From an uncultured Omnitrophica bacterium (lineage in GTDB: Bacteria > Omnitrophota > Gorgyraeia > JACQQV01): a stretch of DNA of 64,000 nucleotides. The notes under the pieces were generated by a model that was given only the letters and a program-made list of their open reading frames with translations, was not told the DNA's origin and did not search any database. Every line of letters begins with the position of its first letter. Position 1 is the first letter of the stretch. The translations under genes were made by a program, and so were the position numbers. The stretch is from assembly GCA_947085655.1 (NCBI GenBank), contig CAMTXH010000019.1:3827-67826 (forward strand), read 5' to 3'. Of the stretch, positions 18,982-34,267 are shown piece after piece.

Positions 18982-20079
18982 ATGAAGGTTCGTTGTGATA
19001 AGGAGACCCTCTCAAAAGGAATTCAAACCGTCCAAAACGTTGTTTCAAGCCGAGTATCGCTTCCCATCCTTTCCAACATTCTTCTTGAGACCCAGAAAAA
19101 ACAACTCTATCTTGCGGCAACAGACCTGGATGTGGGAATCGCAACACTGATCAACGTTGATGTGGATGAAGAGGGAGCGATTACAATCCCCGGGAAAAAA
19201 TTTGGGGACATCATCAAAGAGCTTCCGGAAGGGGAATGTACTCTTTCCACAAAGAAAAACAACATGGTGACAATCGAGTGTGAAAAATGTTTTTTCCGGC
19301 TTCCGGGCCTTCCGAAAGACGACTTTCCGAAATTTCCCTCTTTCGGAAGCGAGACAAAACTTACTCTTTCCCAGTCGTTTTTGAAAACAATGCTCCGGAG
19401 GACCTCTTTTGCGATGTCCTATGATGAAACCCGGTATGTTTTAAACGGCGTCCTTTTCAAAGTGCAGGAAAAGACCCTGACGCTGGTTGCAACGGATGGA
19501 CGCCGGCTTGCGTACATCGAAAAAGGGCTTGAGAAAGAGTGGAAATCTCCCTATGAAATGATTGTCCCGACAAAAACCATTCAAGAACTGAACCGGATCC
19601 TTCAGGATCATGGCGAACTCGGCATAATCAGGAAGGAAAACCAGGTCCTTTTTGATCTGGGGGAAAGCTTCGTCATCTCACGGCTCATCGATGGAGAATT
19701 TCCAAACTATGAACAGGTCATTCCCAAGGAGGCCCCGGACAAAATCAAGATTAACCGTGAACAATTCCTCCAGGCCGCCCGGCGGGCGGGACTTTTGGCC
19801 TCCCAGGATTCCCAATCCATTAAACTTGACCTTTTGAAAAACAAAATGATTGTTTCCAAGACAAGCGCCGAGACCGGCGAGGCACGCGAAGAATTGGAGG
19901 CGGAGTACCGGGGCAAGGAATTAACCGTCGGCTTCAATCCCAACTACATCATCGATGGCTTGAAGAACATCGCGGAAGAAAGCGTGGCTTTTGAATTGGA
20001 GGGCCCCGAAAAACCGGGGGTCATTCGGACAAAGGACCGCTTTATCTATATTGTGTTGCCGATGCAACTGTCTTCGTAA
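18982..20079 (+). CDS. dnaN: DNA polymerase III beta sliding clamp
   Basis: 365 aa, MKVRCDKETLSKGIQTVQNVVSSR..., three-domain beta clamp. SD AAGGAGG upstream. Confidence 0.95.
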   Translation: MKVRCDKETLSKGIQTVQNVVSSRVSLPILSNILLETQKKQLYLAATDLDVGIATLINVDVDEEGAITIPGKKFGDIIKELPEGECTLSTKKNNMVTIECEKCFFRLPGLPKDDFPKFPSFGSETKLTLSQSFLKTMLRRTSFAMSYDETRYVLNGVLFKVQEKTLTLVATDGRRLAYIEKGLEKEWKSPYEMIVPTKTIQELNRILQDHGELGIIRKENQVLFDLGESFVISRLIDGEFPNYEQVIPKEAPDKIKINREQFLQAARRAGLLASQDSQSIKLDLLKNKMIVSKTSAETGEAREELEAEYRGKELTVGFNPNYIIDGLKNIAEESVAFELEGPEKPGVIRTKDRFIYIVLPMQLSS

Positions 20080-20084
20080 CGGTC

Positions 20085-26527
<6,443 letters not shown>

Positions 26528-26529
<2 letters not shown>

Positions 26530-26602
26530 CCCCGTCGTCTAGCCTGGTCTAGGACAAGAGCCTTTCGAGCTCTCGACACGGGTTCAAATCCCGTCGGGGT
26601 CG
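26528..26602 (+). tRNA. tRNA-Glu (anticodon TTC), no encoded CCA
   Basis: GACCCCGTCGTCTAGCCTGGTCTAGGACAAGAGCCTTTCGAGCTCTCGACACGGGTTCAAATCCCGTCGGGGTCG, a typical tRNA-Glu D-arm. Starts inside the gyrA stop codon. Confidence 0.85.
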
Positions 26603-26826
26603 TTTGTTTTTCATGATATGTGGCACGGGATTTGAAGGGAGCCCTGCGCCGCCTGTGGCGGAAAAGCCGCGACCGAGTAGGGAGCGACGTCAGCGGGGCG
26701 GGGGGCCGACCGAGTGTGGGTTTAGGGGCGAATGGTCGCACGAATAAGTGCGACCGAGCCTATGAGCGCCCGCGAGATAGTGAGCGGGCCGGACCCCACA
26801 CGAGGCGCCAAATCCCGTCGGGGTCG
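26585..26826 (+). repeat. 18-nt direct repeat of the tRNA-Glu 3' end (26585-26602 and 26809-26826) flanking a 206-bp repeat-rich insert
   Basis: CAAATCCCGTCGGGGTCG occurs twice. The intervening segment contains an inverted copy of the T-arm (CACGGGATTTGAA) and three GCGACCGAG-like units. Confidence 0.7.
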
Positions 26827-26833
26827 CTTATTT

Positions 26834-27523
26834 ATGTTATATGTTGTCGCAACCCCCATCGGCAATTTGAAAGACATCAGCCTCCGGGCGCTTGAGGTTC
26901 TGAAATCGGCCGATCTCATTGCCTGCGAAGATACCCGCCATGCACGGAAACTCCTTTCCCATTATGACATCCATGTTCCTCTTTTAAGTTATTACGACCA
27001 TAACGAAGAAATCCGGCTTGGGTCGCTTCTTGAGAAACTGCGCGAGGGAAAAGATGTTGCCCTTATTTCAGACGCCGGGATGCCGGTCTTTCAGGACCCT
27101 GGCTATTTTTTGACACGGGCGCTCATCAAGGAAAATATCCCCTTTACCGTGATTCCGGGACCGACAGCCGCGGCAACGGCACTCGTCCTTTCCGGCCTTC
27201 CCCCCGATTCCTTTATTTTCGAGGGGTATCTTCCGCCGAAGTCAGGCCAAAGGCAGCGAAAACTCCGGCGGCTTTCCTCGGAGCGGCGGACAGTTCTCTT
27301 TTATGAATCACCCCACCGGCTCCTCTCAAGTCTTAAGGATATTCGGGAAGTTTTGGGGGATATCGAGATTGTGGTCATCCGGGAGATGACGAAAAAGTTT
27401 GAAGAGGTCGTCCGGAAGAAGGTGAGCGAGCAGATTGCCCATTTTGAGAAAAAGCCGCCCAAGGGAGAATTTGTTATCCTCTTTAGTTTGAAAGCATTAG
27501 ACAAAAAAGAAGAAGAAATTTAG
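26834..27523 (+). CDS. rsmI: 16S rRNA 2'-O-methyltransferase RsmI (tetrapyrrole-methylase fold)
   Basis: MLYVVATPIGNLKDISLRALEVLKSADLIACEDTRH. The track ORF start at 26732 adds a spurious N-terminal extension across the repeat insert. Confidence 0.85.
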   Translation: MLYVVATPIGNLKDISLRALEVLKSADLIACEDTRHARKLLSHYDIHVPLLSYYDHNEEIRLGSLLEKLREGKDVALISDAGMPVFQDPGYFLTRALIKENIPFTVIPGPTAAATALVLSGLPPDSFIFEGYLPPKSGQRQRKLRRLSSERRTVLFYESPHRLLSSLKDIREVLGDIEIVVIREMTKKFEEVVRKKVSEQIAHFEKKPPKGEFVILFSLKALDKKEEEI

Positions 27524-27532
27524 AAAAAGTAC

Positions 27533-27561
27533 TTGACAAAAGGGCGTTTTACAGGCATACT
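27533..27561 (+). promoter_or_regulatory. sigma70-like promoter of pyr operon (TTGACA-17-CATACT)
   Basis: TTGACA at 27533-27538, 17-nt spacer, CATACT at 27556-27561. Confidence 0.55.
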
Positions 27562-27585
27562 TGAAAAAATTATGCACCTTTTAAA

Positions 27586-27603
27586 CTAACCCTGTGAGGT
27601 TAG
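27586..27603 (+). promoter_or_regulatory. PyrR-binding loop-like hairpin in pyr leader
   Basis: CUAACCCUGUGAGGUUAG hairpin; its loop AACCCUGUGAGGUU resembles the PyrR binding loop consensus (ARUCCNGNGAGGYU-like). Confidence 0.6.
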
Positions 27604-27642
27604 AAAAGGAGAGAGAAAATGAGTCTAGGTTCAAGAACCAAT

Positions 27643-27672
27643 GCCTACCCATGGGGGGTGGGCTATTTTTTT
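27643..27672 (+). terminator. intrinsic terminator (pyr attenuator)
   Basis: GCCTACCC-ATGGG-GGGTGGGC 8-bp stem followed by TATTTTTTT. Confidence 0.7.
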
Positions 27673-27678
27673 GCCCAA

Positions 27679-27816
27679 CAGGGGACGTTTCCAGAAAGTG
27701 TTCCTAGCGTGGCAACAATTCATGGGACACTTTTGGAAATGTCCCAAAGAAGAAGAGGAAATAAAGATAGGGGACAGATTGGGGCCAGATTAGAGCCAAG
27801 ACTAGAAACGTCCCTG
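27679..27816. repeat. palindromic intergenic repeat element, copy 1 (138 nt)
   Basis: Termini CAGGGGACGTTTCCAG ... CTAGAAACGTCCCTG form a long inverted repeat. The 3' 48 nt are about 94% identical to copy 2 at 42681-42783. Contains an internal hairpin GGGACACTTTTGGAAATGTCCC. Confidence 0.7.
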
Positions 27817-27821
27817 CAGGA

Positions 27822-28379
27822 TTGAACATGCCATTCCGCGAAAAATCAAAGGTCCTGAATCCGGAAGGAATCGAGAAAACGATCAGACGGATCGCCCATG
27901 AAATCATTGAAAAAAACAAGGATTCTCTCGATTCGCTTGCGATTATCGGCATTATGACGCGGGGAGCGACCCTGGCGGAACGGATTCGGAAAGAGATCGA
28001 GAAAATTGAAGGAAAACGTCTTCTGTTGGGGACCATGGACATCACCCTTTACCGGGATGACCTGACTCAGATTGCCCCGAACCCGGTGGTGCACGAGACC
28101 CGCGTTGATTTCGACATCACCGATAAAAAAGTCATTTTGGTGGACGACGTTCTTTTTACCGGCCGGACCGTCCGGTGTGCGTTGGATGAGCTGATCGATT
28201 TCGGGAGACCCCGCGCGGTGCAACTGGCGGTTCTGGTGGACCGGGGCCATCGGGATTTTCCGATCCGGGCCGATTTCGTCGGGAAAAACCTTCCGACCTC
28301 TCTGCAGGAGATCGTCCAGGTCCGATTTCAGGAAACGGACGGGGCGGAGGAAGTGGTGATCGAGGAGGAAAGTCGGTGA
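27822..28379 (+). CDS. pyrR: pyrimidine operon regulator / uracil phosphoribosyltransferase PyrR
   Basis: 185 aa with PRTase motif [18 protein letters not shown]. The ATG at 27828 may be the real start. Confidence 0.9.
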   Translation: MNMPFREKSKVLNPEGIEKTIRRIAHEIIEKNKDSLDSLAIIGIMTRGATLAERIRKEIEKIEGKRLLLGTMDITLYRDDLTQIAPNPVVHETRVDFDITDKKVILVDDVLFTGRTVRCALDELIDFGRPRAVQLAVLVDRGHRDFPIRADFVGKNLPTSLQEIVQVRFQETDGAEEVVIEEESR

Positions 28380-29335
28380 AGAAATGGAACCGGAAGGATC
28401 TTTTGGGACTTGAGGATCTTTCCGGCGAGGAAATCCGCCTGATTCTGGACACCGCCTATTCTTTCAAGGAGGTGTTGAAGCGGCCGATTAAAAAGGTTCC
28501 GTCGCTCCGGGGGAAAACGGTGGCAAACCTTTTCTTCGAACCCTCCACCCGCACGCGGGCCAGTTTTGAACTGGCCGCCAAGCGGTTGAGTGCGGACACC
28601 ATGAATATCACCGCCCAGGAGTCGAGTCTTTCCAAAGGGGAAATCTTGAAGGACATGGCGCGGAATATCGAAGCGATGAAAGTGGATGTTCTGGTCATGC
28701 GTCATCCCGCCTCTGGAAGCTGCTCCCTTTTGGCGAAGGCCCTGCAAAGCGCCGTGGTCAATGCGGGAGACGGCTCCCATGAACATCCGACCCAGGCCCT
28801 TCTGGATCTTTTGACGATTGAAGAGCGAAAAAAGCGGATTGAGGGGCTCCGGGTCAGTATTATTGGCGACATTCTCCATTCCCGCGTGGCCCGTTCCGGG
28901 ATCTGGGGGCTGACAAAACTCGGGGCGGAGGTCACCGTCTGCGGACCCAAGACCCTTTTGCCGATCGAAGTGGAGAAGATGGGGGTCCGCGTCACCTCCC
29001 GGCTGGAAGAGGCAATTGAAGGAGCGGATGTTTTGAATCTGCTTCGCATCCAGCTCGAAAGGCAGAACTCCTCCTTTTTCCCGACGGTTCGGGAGTACGC
29101 GCAGTTTTTCTGCGTCACTCCGGAACGGCTCCAAAAAGCGAAAAAGGAACTTTTAATTCTTCATCCGGGACCGATCAACCGGGGGATCGAGATTGCCCCG
29201 GAGGTGGCGGACGGCCCCTATTCGGTCATATTGGATCAGGTCAGTAACGGGATCGCCGTCCGGATGGCGATTCTCTTTTTGGTTTCACAGATTTCACAGA
29301 CGGGTGTCAAGGATGTCCTCAAAACTTCTCATTAA
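28376..29335 (+). CDS. pyrB: aspartate carbamoyltransferase catalytic subunit
   Basis: 319 aa with motifs STRTR, HPTQ and HPGP. Confidence 0.95.
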   Translation: MKKWNRKDLLGLEDLSGEEIRLILDTAYSFKEVLKRPIKKVPSLRGKTVANLFFEPSTRTRASFELAAKRLSADTMNITAQESSLSKGEILKDMARNIEAMKVDVLVMRHPASGSCSLLAKALQSAVVNAGDGSHEHPTQALLDLLTIEERKKRIEGLRVSIIGDILHSRVARSGIWGLTKLGAEVTVCGPKTLLPIEVEKMGVRVTSRLEEAIEGADVLNLLRIQLERQNSSFFPTVREYAQFFCVTPERLQKAKKELLILHPGPINRGIEIAPEVADGPYSVILDQVSNGIAVRMAILFLVSQISQTGVKDVLKTSH

Positions 29336-30611
29336 AGGAGGCCGGATTCTTGATCCGGCCAATAGGCGCGACGATTCGGGGGATCTCCTGATCGAAAAAG
29401 GAAAAATCGCTCAGGTGGGTGGGCGCCTTTCCGCAAATGGCGCAGAGGTGGTTCAGGCAGAGGGCCTTTGGGTTGTGCCGGGTCTCATTGATATGCATGT
29501 CCATTTCCGTCAGCCGGGGAGGGAGGATAAGGAAACGATTCTGACCGGAAGCCGCGCGGCTGTAAAGGGCGGATTCACCTCCGTTCTTCCGATGGCGAAT
29601 ACCCATCCGGTTGCGGATAACCGGGGCGCGATTGAATTTATCCTTGCGGAGGCAAAACGGGCTGGGCTTGTGAACATTTTCCCGGTCGGGGCGGTAACGC
29701 AGGGGCTTCAGGGAGAATGTCTTTCGGAAATCGGAGAACTCGCCTTGGCCGGATGTATCGCTCTTTCCGATGACGGCAAACCGATCCGGAACACCAAACT
29801 CATGCGGCATGCCCTTGAATACGCCTCGATGTTTAGTCTTCCGATTATCGCCCATGAGGAAGATCCCTATCTTTTTGAAGAAGGAGTGATGCATGAAGGC
29901 CACGCCTCGACGGTGCTTGGGCTTAAGGGAATCCCCGCGATCTGCGAAAGCATCATGGTGGCGCGCGATTTGGAACTTTTGAAGTTGACCGGCGGGCGGC
30001 TCCATTTCGCCCATATCAGCACCGCCCGTTCCCTTGAGTTAATCCGGGAGGCAAAAAAGAAAGGACTCGCTGTGAGCTGCGAAACAGCCCCTCACTACCT
30101 TGTGTTGACGGATGAAGCCCTTTCGGCCTTCGACGCCAATTTTAAAATGAATCCTCCCCTCCGGGGTGAAGCGGACCAAAAGGCGTTGACCGAGGCCCTG
30201 AAGGACGGCGTGGTCGATTGTATCGCCTCAGACCATGCCCCCCATACCTCGCAGGAGAAGGAGACCGAACTTGACACGGCCGCCTTCGGGATCATCGGTC
30301 TTGAAAGTTCTCTGGGAATCTGTTTGACCTATCTGGTCCACAAAAACATCTTGAAGCCGTCGGAACTCGTAGCCCGGATGTCGTGGATGCCGGCAAAAGT
30401 TCTGGGACTCCGGAAAGGGACTCTTTCCGTCGGAGCGGATGCGGATGTCACCTTGATCAATCCCGAAAAGAAATGGACTCTCCGGAGCGAGGAACTCGAA
30501 TCCAGAAGCCGGAATTCCCCCTTTATCGGCTGGGAGTTTAAAGGACGGGCCGAGATGACCCTTGTGGGGGGGCATGTGATGATGAAGGACGGCAAGGTCG
30601 GTCGTGACTAA
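29313..30611 (+). CDS. pyrC: dihydroorotase
   Basis: Start [15 protein letters not shown] at ATG 29313; the track ORF begins upstream in pyr[11 protein letters not shown] and the amidohydrolase fold. Confidence 0.9.
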   Translation: MSSKLLIKGGRILDPANRRDDSGDLLIEKGKIAQVGGRLSANGAEVVQAEGLWVVPGLIDMHVHFRQPGREDKETILTGSRAAVKGGFTSVLPMANTHPVADNRGAIEFILAEAKRAGLVNIFPVGAVTQGLQGECLSEIGELALAGCIALSDDGKPIRNTKLMRHALEYASMFSLPIIAHEEDPYLFEEGVMHEGHASTVLGLKGIPAICESIMVARDLELLKLTGGRLHFAHISTARSLELIREAKKKGLAVSCETAPHYLVLTDEALSAFDANFKMNPPLRGEADQKALTEALKDGVVDCIASDHAPHTSQEKETELDTAAFGIIGLESSLGICLTYLVHKNILKPSELVARMSWMPAKVLGLRKGTLSVGADADVTLINPEKKWTLRSEELESRSRNSPFIGWEFKGRAEMTLVGGHVMMKDGKVGRD

Positions 30612-31350
30612 ACGAGGGTTGCTTCTCATCGGATTCGGACTTCTTTGCGTCTCCCGCGCCTTTGGGGAGGACTTCGGAGACCGCATCCTTGCGCGCGTTG
30701 AGCAAAGGTCCCTCTTTGTCCGGAGTTACAAAGCAAACTTCGATCTCTGGCTTAAAGCGGGGGAAGATGAATTTTTCATGACCGGACTTGCGCTCTACAA
30801 ATGGCCCGAAATGCTTCGGGTTGAAATGTCCCTTCGGGATCAGAGGGAGTTGAACCAGATTCTTTATCGAAAGGACGGAGCGGTCTGGCAATACATCCCT
30901 TCCGCCAATATCGCTTTCCGGCGGGATGAAAAAAAACTCCGGGAGCAGTTTCCGGATACCTTTGCCTCGCAGGAACTGGTCAACCTCCGGAACCCGTTTG
31001 ATCTTCTCGAGAAGGAAACGCTAAGGTTTCTGGATGAGGAGCATCTCGGCGACAAAGCGATGTATCTGTTTGAAGGCGTTCCCAAAAAGGCGATCCGGCA
31101 TCAAGGGCTTCTCTCCCCGGCGCTCTGCCGACTCCGGATCGCAGAAGAAGACGGCCTTCTGCGGGATCTGGTCATGTACGACGATGCAGGGGTGGAAATC
31201 GTGAAACAGCACTTTTGGGATGTTCAGCCGAATCTGGAAATTCTGGACGAAGAATTTCTTTTCCGGCCGCAGGATGTGAAGTTGGTGGAAGTCACCGAAC
31301 AGACGGTCCACAAGATGGAACTCCTTCTGGAAGAGGAAAAACTCCCATGA
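30604..31350 (+). CDS. secreted LolA-like / outer-membrane lipoprotein-sorting-like hypothetical protein
   Basis: 248 aa with an N-terminal signal peptide (LLLIGFGLLCVSRAFG). Weak resemblance to the LolA/LppX fold family. Embedded inside the pyr operon. Confidence 0.45.
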   Translation: MTKRGLLLIGFGLLCVSRAFGEDFGDRILARVEQRSLFVRSYKANFDLWLKAGEDEFFMTGLALYKWPEMLRVEMSLRDQRELNQILYRKDGAVWQYIPSANIAFRRDEKKLREQFPDTFASQELVNLRNPFDLLEKETLRFLDEEHLGDKAMYLFEGVPKKAIRHQGLLSPALCRLRIAEEDGLLRDLVMYDDAGVEIVKQHFWDVQPNLEILDEEFLFRPQDVKLVEVTEQTVHKMELLLEEEKLP

Positions 31351-32432
31351 CCAAAGCCCTTTTGTGTCTCGAAGACGGGTTTCTCCTCGAAGGGGAATCG
31401 ATCGGTGCCGCCGGTGAGGCAATCGGCGAAGTTGTTTTTAACACCAGCATGATGGGCTATCAGGAAATCCTCACCGATCCTTCCTACAAGGGGCAGATTG
31501 TGACAATGACCTATCCTCACATCGGAAACTACGGCGTGAACGACGAGGATGCGGAATCCCGGAAACCTTTTGTGGAGGGGTTTATTGTCAAAGAATTAAG
31601 CCGGGTCTCAAGCAATTTCCGCTCGCAGGGGGACCTTCAGACGTATTTGGAAAAACACAAGATCGTCGGGATCCAGGGGGTAGACACTCGGGCATTGACC
31701 AAACATCTCCGGCTGGAAGGGGCCAAACAGGGAATTATTTCAACGGAAACGTTTGAACCGAAACGCCTCCTTCAAAAACTTGAAAAATCGCCGGGGCTGA
31801 TTGGCGTCGACCTGGTCAAAGAGGTGACCTGTCAGAAACCTTACGTTTTTGAAGGGAAGGAGAGATGCTCCCATTTCCATGTGGTGGCGATGGACTACGG
31901 CATCAAGCGGAATATCCTGAATCACCTACTTGAGACGGGATGTCGGGTCACGGTTCTTCCGGCTCATGCGAGCCGGAACGAAATTCTTTCTTACAAGCCG
32001 GATGGGCTTTTTCTTTCAAACGGCCCTGGCGACCCGGAGGCGGTGACCTATGCGATTGAGACGGTCCGGAATCTGGTGGGGGAACTGCCGATTTTCGGCA
32101 TCTGCCTCGGGCATCAAATGCTGGGACTCGCGCTCGGCGGGAAAACCTTCAAACTGAAATTCGGGCATCACGGTGGGAACCACCCCGTGATACGGCTTGA
32201 GAACCGGCAGGTGGAGATTACCTGCCAGAATCATGGCTTCTGTGTGGATTTGGATTCCATCCCGGGGAAGCAAGTGGAACTCACGCATCTCAATCTGAAC
32301 GACCGGACGGTAGAAGGATTCAGACATAAGACGGAACCTCTCTTTTCGGTGCAGTACCATCCGGAGGCCTCTCCGGGGCCGCATGATTCGCGGTATCTAT
32401 TTCAACAGTTTATCGAGATGATGTCACGGTGA
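31347..32432 (+). CDS. carA: carbamoyl-phosphate synthase small (glutaminase) subunit
   Basis: Start MTKALLCLEDGF at ATG 31347 (ATGA overlap with the upstream gene). GATase class I triad region GICLGHQ. Confidence 0.95.
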   Translation: MTKALLCLEDGFLLEGESIGAAGEAIGEVVFNTSMMGYQEILTDPSYKGQIVTMTYPHIGNYGVNDEDAESRKPFVEGFIVKELSRVSSNFRSQGDLQTYLEKHKIVGIQGVDTRALTKHLRLEGAKQGIISTETFEPKRLLQKLEKSPGLIGVDLVKEVTCQKPYVFEGKERCSHFHVVAMDYGIKRNILNHLLETGCRVTVLPAHASRNEILSYKPDGLFLSNGPGDPEAVTYAIETVRNLVGELPIFGICLGHQMLGLALGGKTFKLKFGHHGGNHPVIRLENRQVEITCQNHGFCVDLDSIPGKQVELTHLNLNDRTVEGFRHKTEPLFSVQYHPEASPGPHDSRYLFQQFIEMMSR

Positions 32433-32884
32433 AATTTCTCCTGACGCCGGAACTCGGGAGACTCGCGACATGGCTTCGCGCAGTCGGTTACGACGCTTCC
32501 ATTTTTCAGGGGAGCATCCCGGATCTTTTGGCGAAGGCGACTTTTGAAAAACGGATTGTGGTGACGCGTCAGGGGGCTCTCCGGGGCCACCGGGGCACTC
32601 CGGTCGTCCGGATTGCGCATGACCGGGTGGAGAAACAACTCCTGGAGTTGAAAAAGTCCTGCCGGATCCGTCTCTCGCCGTCGACGCTTTTTCACCAGTG
32701 TCTCCGCTGCAACGTGCCGGTTAAGCCGATTGCGAAGAATCAAGTCAAGAAAAAAGTCCCTCCGTATGTCTTTAAGACCCAGAAGTCCTTTTCCCATTGT
32801 CCAATCTGCCGCCGGATTTACTGGACTGCGACACACTGGGATCGTGCGGAGCACTTCCTGAAAAACCTAAGGAGGCCGTCATGA
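32429..32884 (+). CDS. Mut7-C / DUF82 (PIN-like RNase) domain protein with C-terminal zinc ribbon
   Basis: 151 aa; LGRLATWLRAVGYDA ... HQCLRCN ... CPICRR matches the Mut7-C family pattern. Confidence 0.6.
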   Translation: MKFLLTPELGRLATWLRAVGYDASIFQGSIPDLLAKATFEKRIVVTRQGALRGHRGTPVVRIAHDRVEKQLLELKKSCRIRLSPSTLFHQCLRCNVPVKPIAKNQVKKKVPPYVFKTQKSFSHCPICRRIYWTATHWDRAEHFLKNLRRPS

Positions 32885-34116
32885 AATTCATTGCCGACTT
32901 CCACATCCATTCCAAATACAGTCGGGCCACCTCGAGCCATCTGGACTTGGATCAACTGGCGCAGTGGTCCAAGATCAAGGGGGTGGGGCTGATCGGGACG
33001 GGGGATTTCACCCATCCGATATGGTTCGAGGAGTTGAGGACAAAACTCCAGCCGACCGGGAAGGGCCTTTTCGAATATCAGGACGTGCACTTTATCCTGA
33101 CGACGGAGGTCAACACCCTTTTTTACCGTTCGGGGAGGGCAAAGAATGTTCATCATCTGATTTTCGTCCCGAGTCTTGAGACGGTCGAGCGGATCAACCG
33201 GGAACTCGCATTCTTCGGCAGTCTCGAAAGCGACGGGCGGCCGCTTTTGACGATGGAGGCAAGGCAACTCGTGAAGATCGTCCGGGGAATTGACCCGCGG
33301 GTGTATATCGTCCCGGCGCACGCCTGGACGCCTCATTTTGCCATTTTCGGCTCGCAATCCGGTTTTGACCGGGTGGAGGACTGCTACGAAGAGGAGGCCG
33401 GGAACATTTTTGCCCTTGAGACAGGGCTTTCGAGCGATCCGCCGATGAACTGGCGGTTGAGCGCTTTGGACAGGTATGCACTCATTTCAAATTCCGACTG
33501 TCACAGCGCCAAAAGGATCGCACGCGAGGCGAACTGTTTCGACTGCGAACTTGATTTTGATGCGATCCGGCAGGCGATCCGGAGTAAGGATCCGCAGAAG
33601 TTTCTCTTTACCGTGGAGTTTTTCCCGGAGGAGGGGAAGTACCATTTTGACGGACACCGAAAGTGTCGGGTGGTCTGGTCACCGGAGGAGACGAAGCATC
33701 ACAAGGGCCGGTGCACGGTTTGCGGACGGCCGGTCACCGTCGGAGTGATGAACCGGGTCGATTCCCTTGCCGACCGGCCGGAGGGGTACAAACCGGCCGG
33801 AGGCATTCCCTACCGGAACATGATCCCCCTTGACGAGATTATTTCGGAGGGGATCGGGACAGGGGTGGCCTCTCAGGCGGTCGAGCGGGAGTATCTTCGG
33901 ATGATTCAAGAACTTCAAAACGAATTCCATATCCTGTTTGACGCTTCCGAAGAGATGCTCCGGAAGCATGCCAATCCCAAAGTGGCGGAAGGGATTCTTC
34001 GGGTGCGGCAGGGCCAGATCAAGGTCCGGCCCGGTTATGACGGTGAATACGGTAAAGTCCAGATCTTCGGCGGAGAAGAAACCGTCTCTCAAGAAAAGCA
34101 GATGGAATTATTTTAA
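32881..34116 (+). CDS. PHP-domain phosphoesterase-like protein (TIGR00375-like) with Zn-ribbon
   Basis: Start MKFIADFHIHSKYSRATS (PHP His-motif) at ATG 32881 with GGAGG SD. CTVCGRP zinc ribbon near residue 300. Confidence 0.6.
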   Translation: MKFIADFHIHSKYSRATSSHLDLDQLAQWSKIKGVGLIGTGDFTHPIWFEELRTKLQPTGKGLFEYQDVHFILTTEVNTLFYRSGRAKNVHHLIFVPSLETVERINRELAFFGSLESDGRPLLTMEARQLVKIVRGIDPRVYIVPAHAWTPHFAIFGSQSGFDRVEDCYEEEAGNIFALETGLSSDPPMNWRLSALDRYALISNSDCHSAKRIAREANCFDCELDFDAIRQAIRSKDPQKFLFTVEFFPEEGKYHFDGHRKCRVVWSPEETKHHKGRCTVCGRPVTVGVMNRVDSLADRPEGYKPAGGIPYRNMIPLDEIISEGIGTGVASQAVEREYLRMIQELQNEFHILFDASEEMLRKHANPKVAEGILRVRQGQIKVRPGYDGEYGKVQIFGGEETVSQEKQMELF

Positions 34117-34267
34117 CCAGTTCAGTAGACGCTTTATGTAACTATCTGTGATTTAATAAATTATGAATAAATTGTAGGAGTGGGAAACGTTATGGAAAGT
34201 GGGAAACATAAGGATTTATTTTTAACTCATAATTTAACAATGAGTTTCGTAAAGCGTCTACTACTAC
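34117..34267. repeat. AT-rich palindromic element abutting carB start
   Basis: Perfect 12-nt inverted repeat GTAGACGCTTTA (34125-34136) / TAAAGCGTCTAC (34250-34261), 113 nt apart. Internal direct repeat GTGGGAAAC x2. The right arm ends 6 nt before the carB ATG. Confidence 0.6.

Noticed and set aside
26732-26833. N-terminal 34-codon extension of the rsmI ORF in the track
   Set aside because: It is translated across the tRNA-Glu repeat insert. Conserved RsmI begins at MLYVVATPIGN (ATG 26834).
27619-27825. 68-aa leader ORF with a good SD (AAAGGAGAG) upstream of pyrR
   Set aside because: It spans the attenuator terminator and the palindromic repeat element. The PyrR mechanism needs no leader peptide, and the product is low-complexity. 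The SD-like sequence is part of the purine-rich leader.
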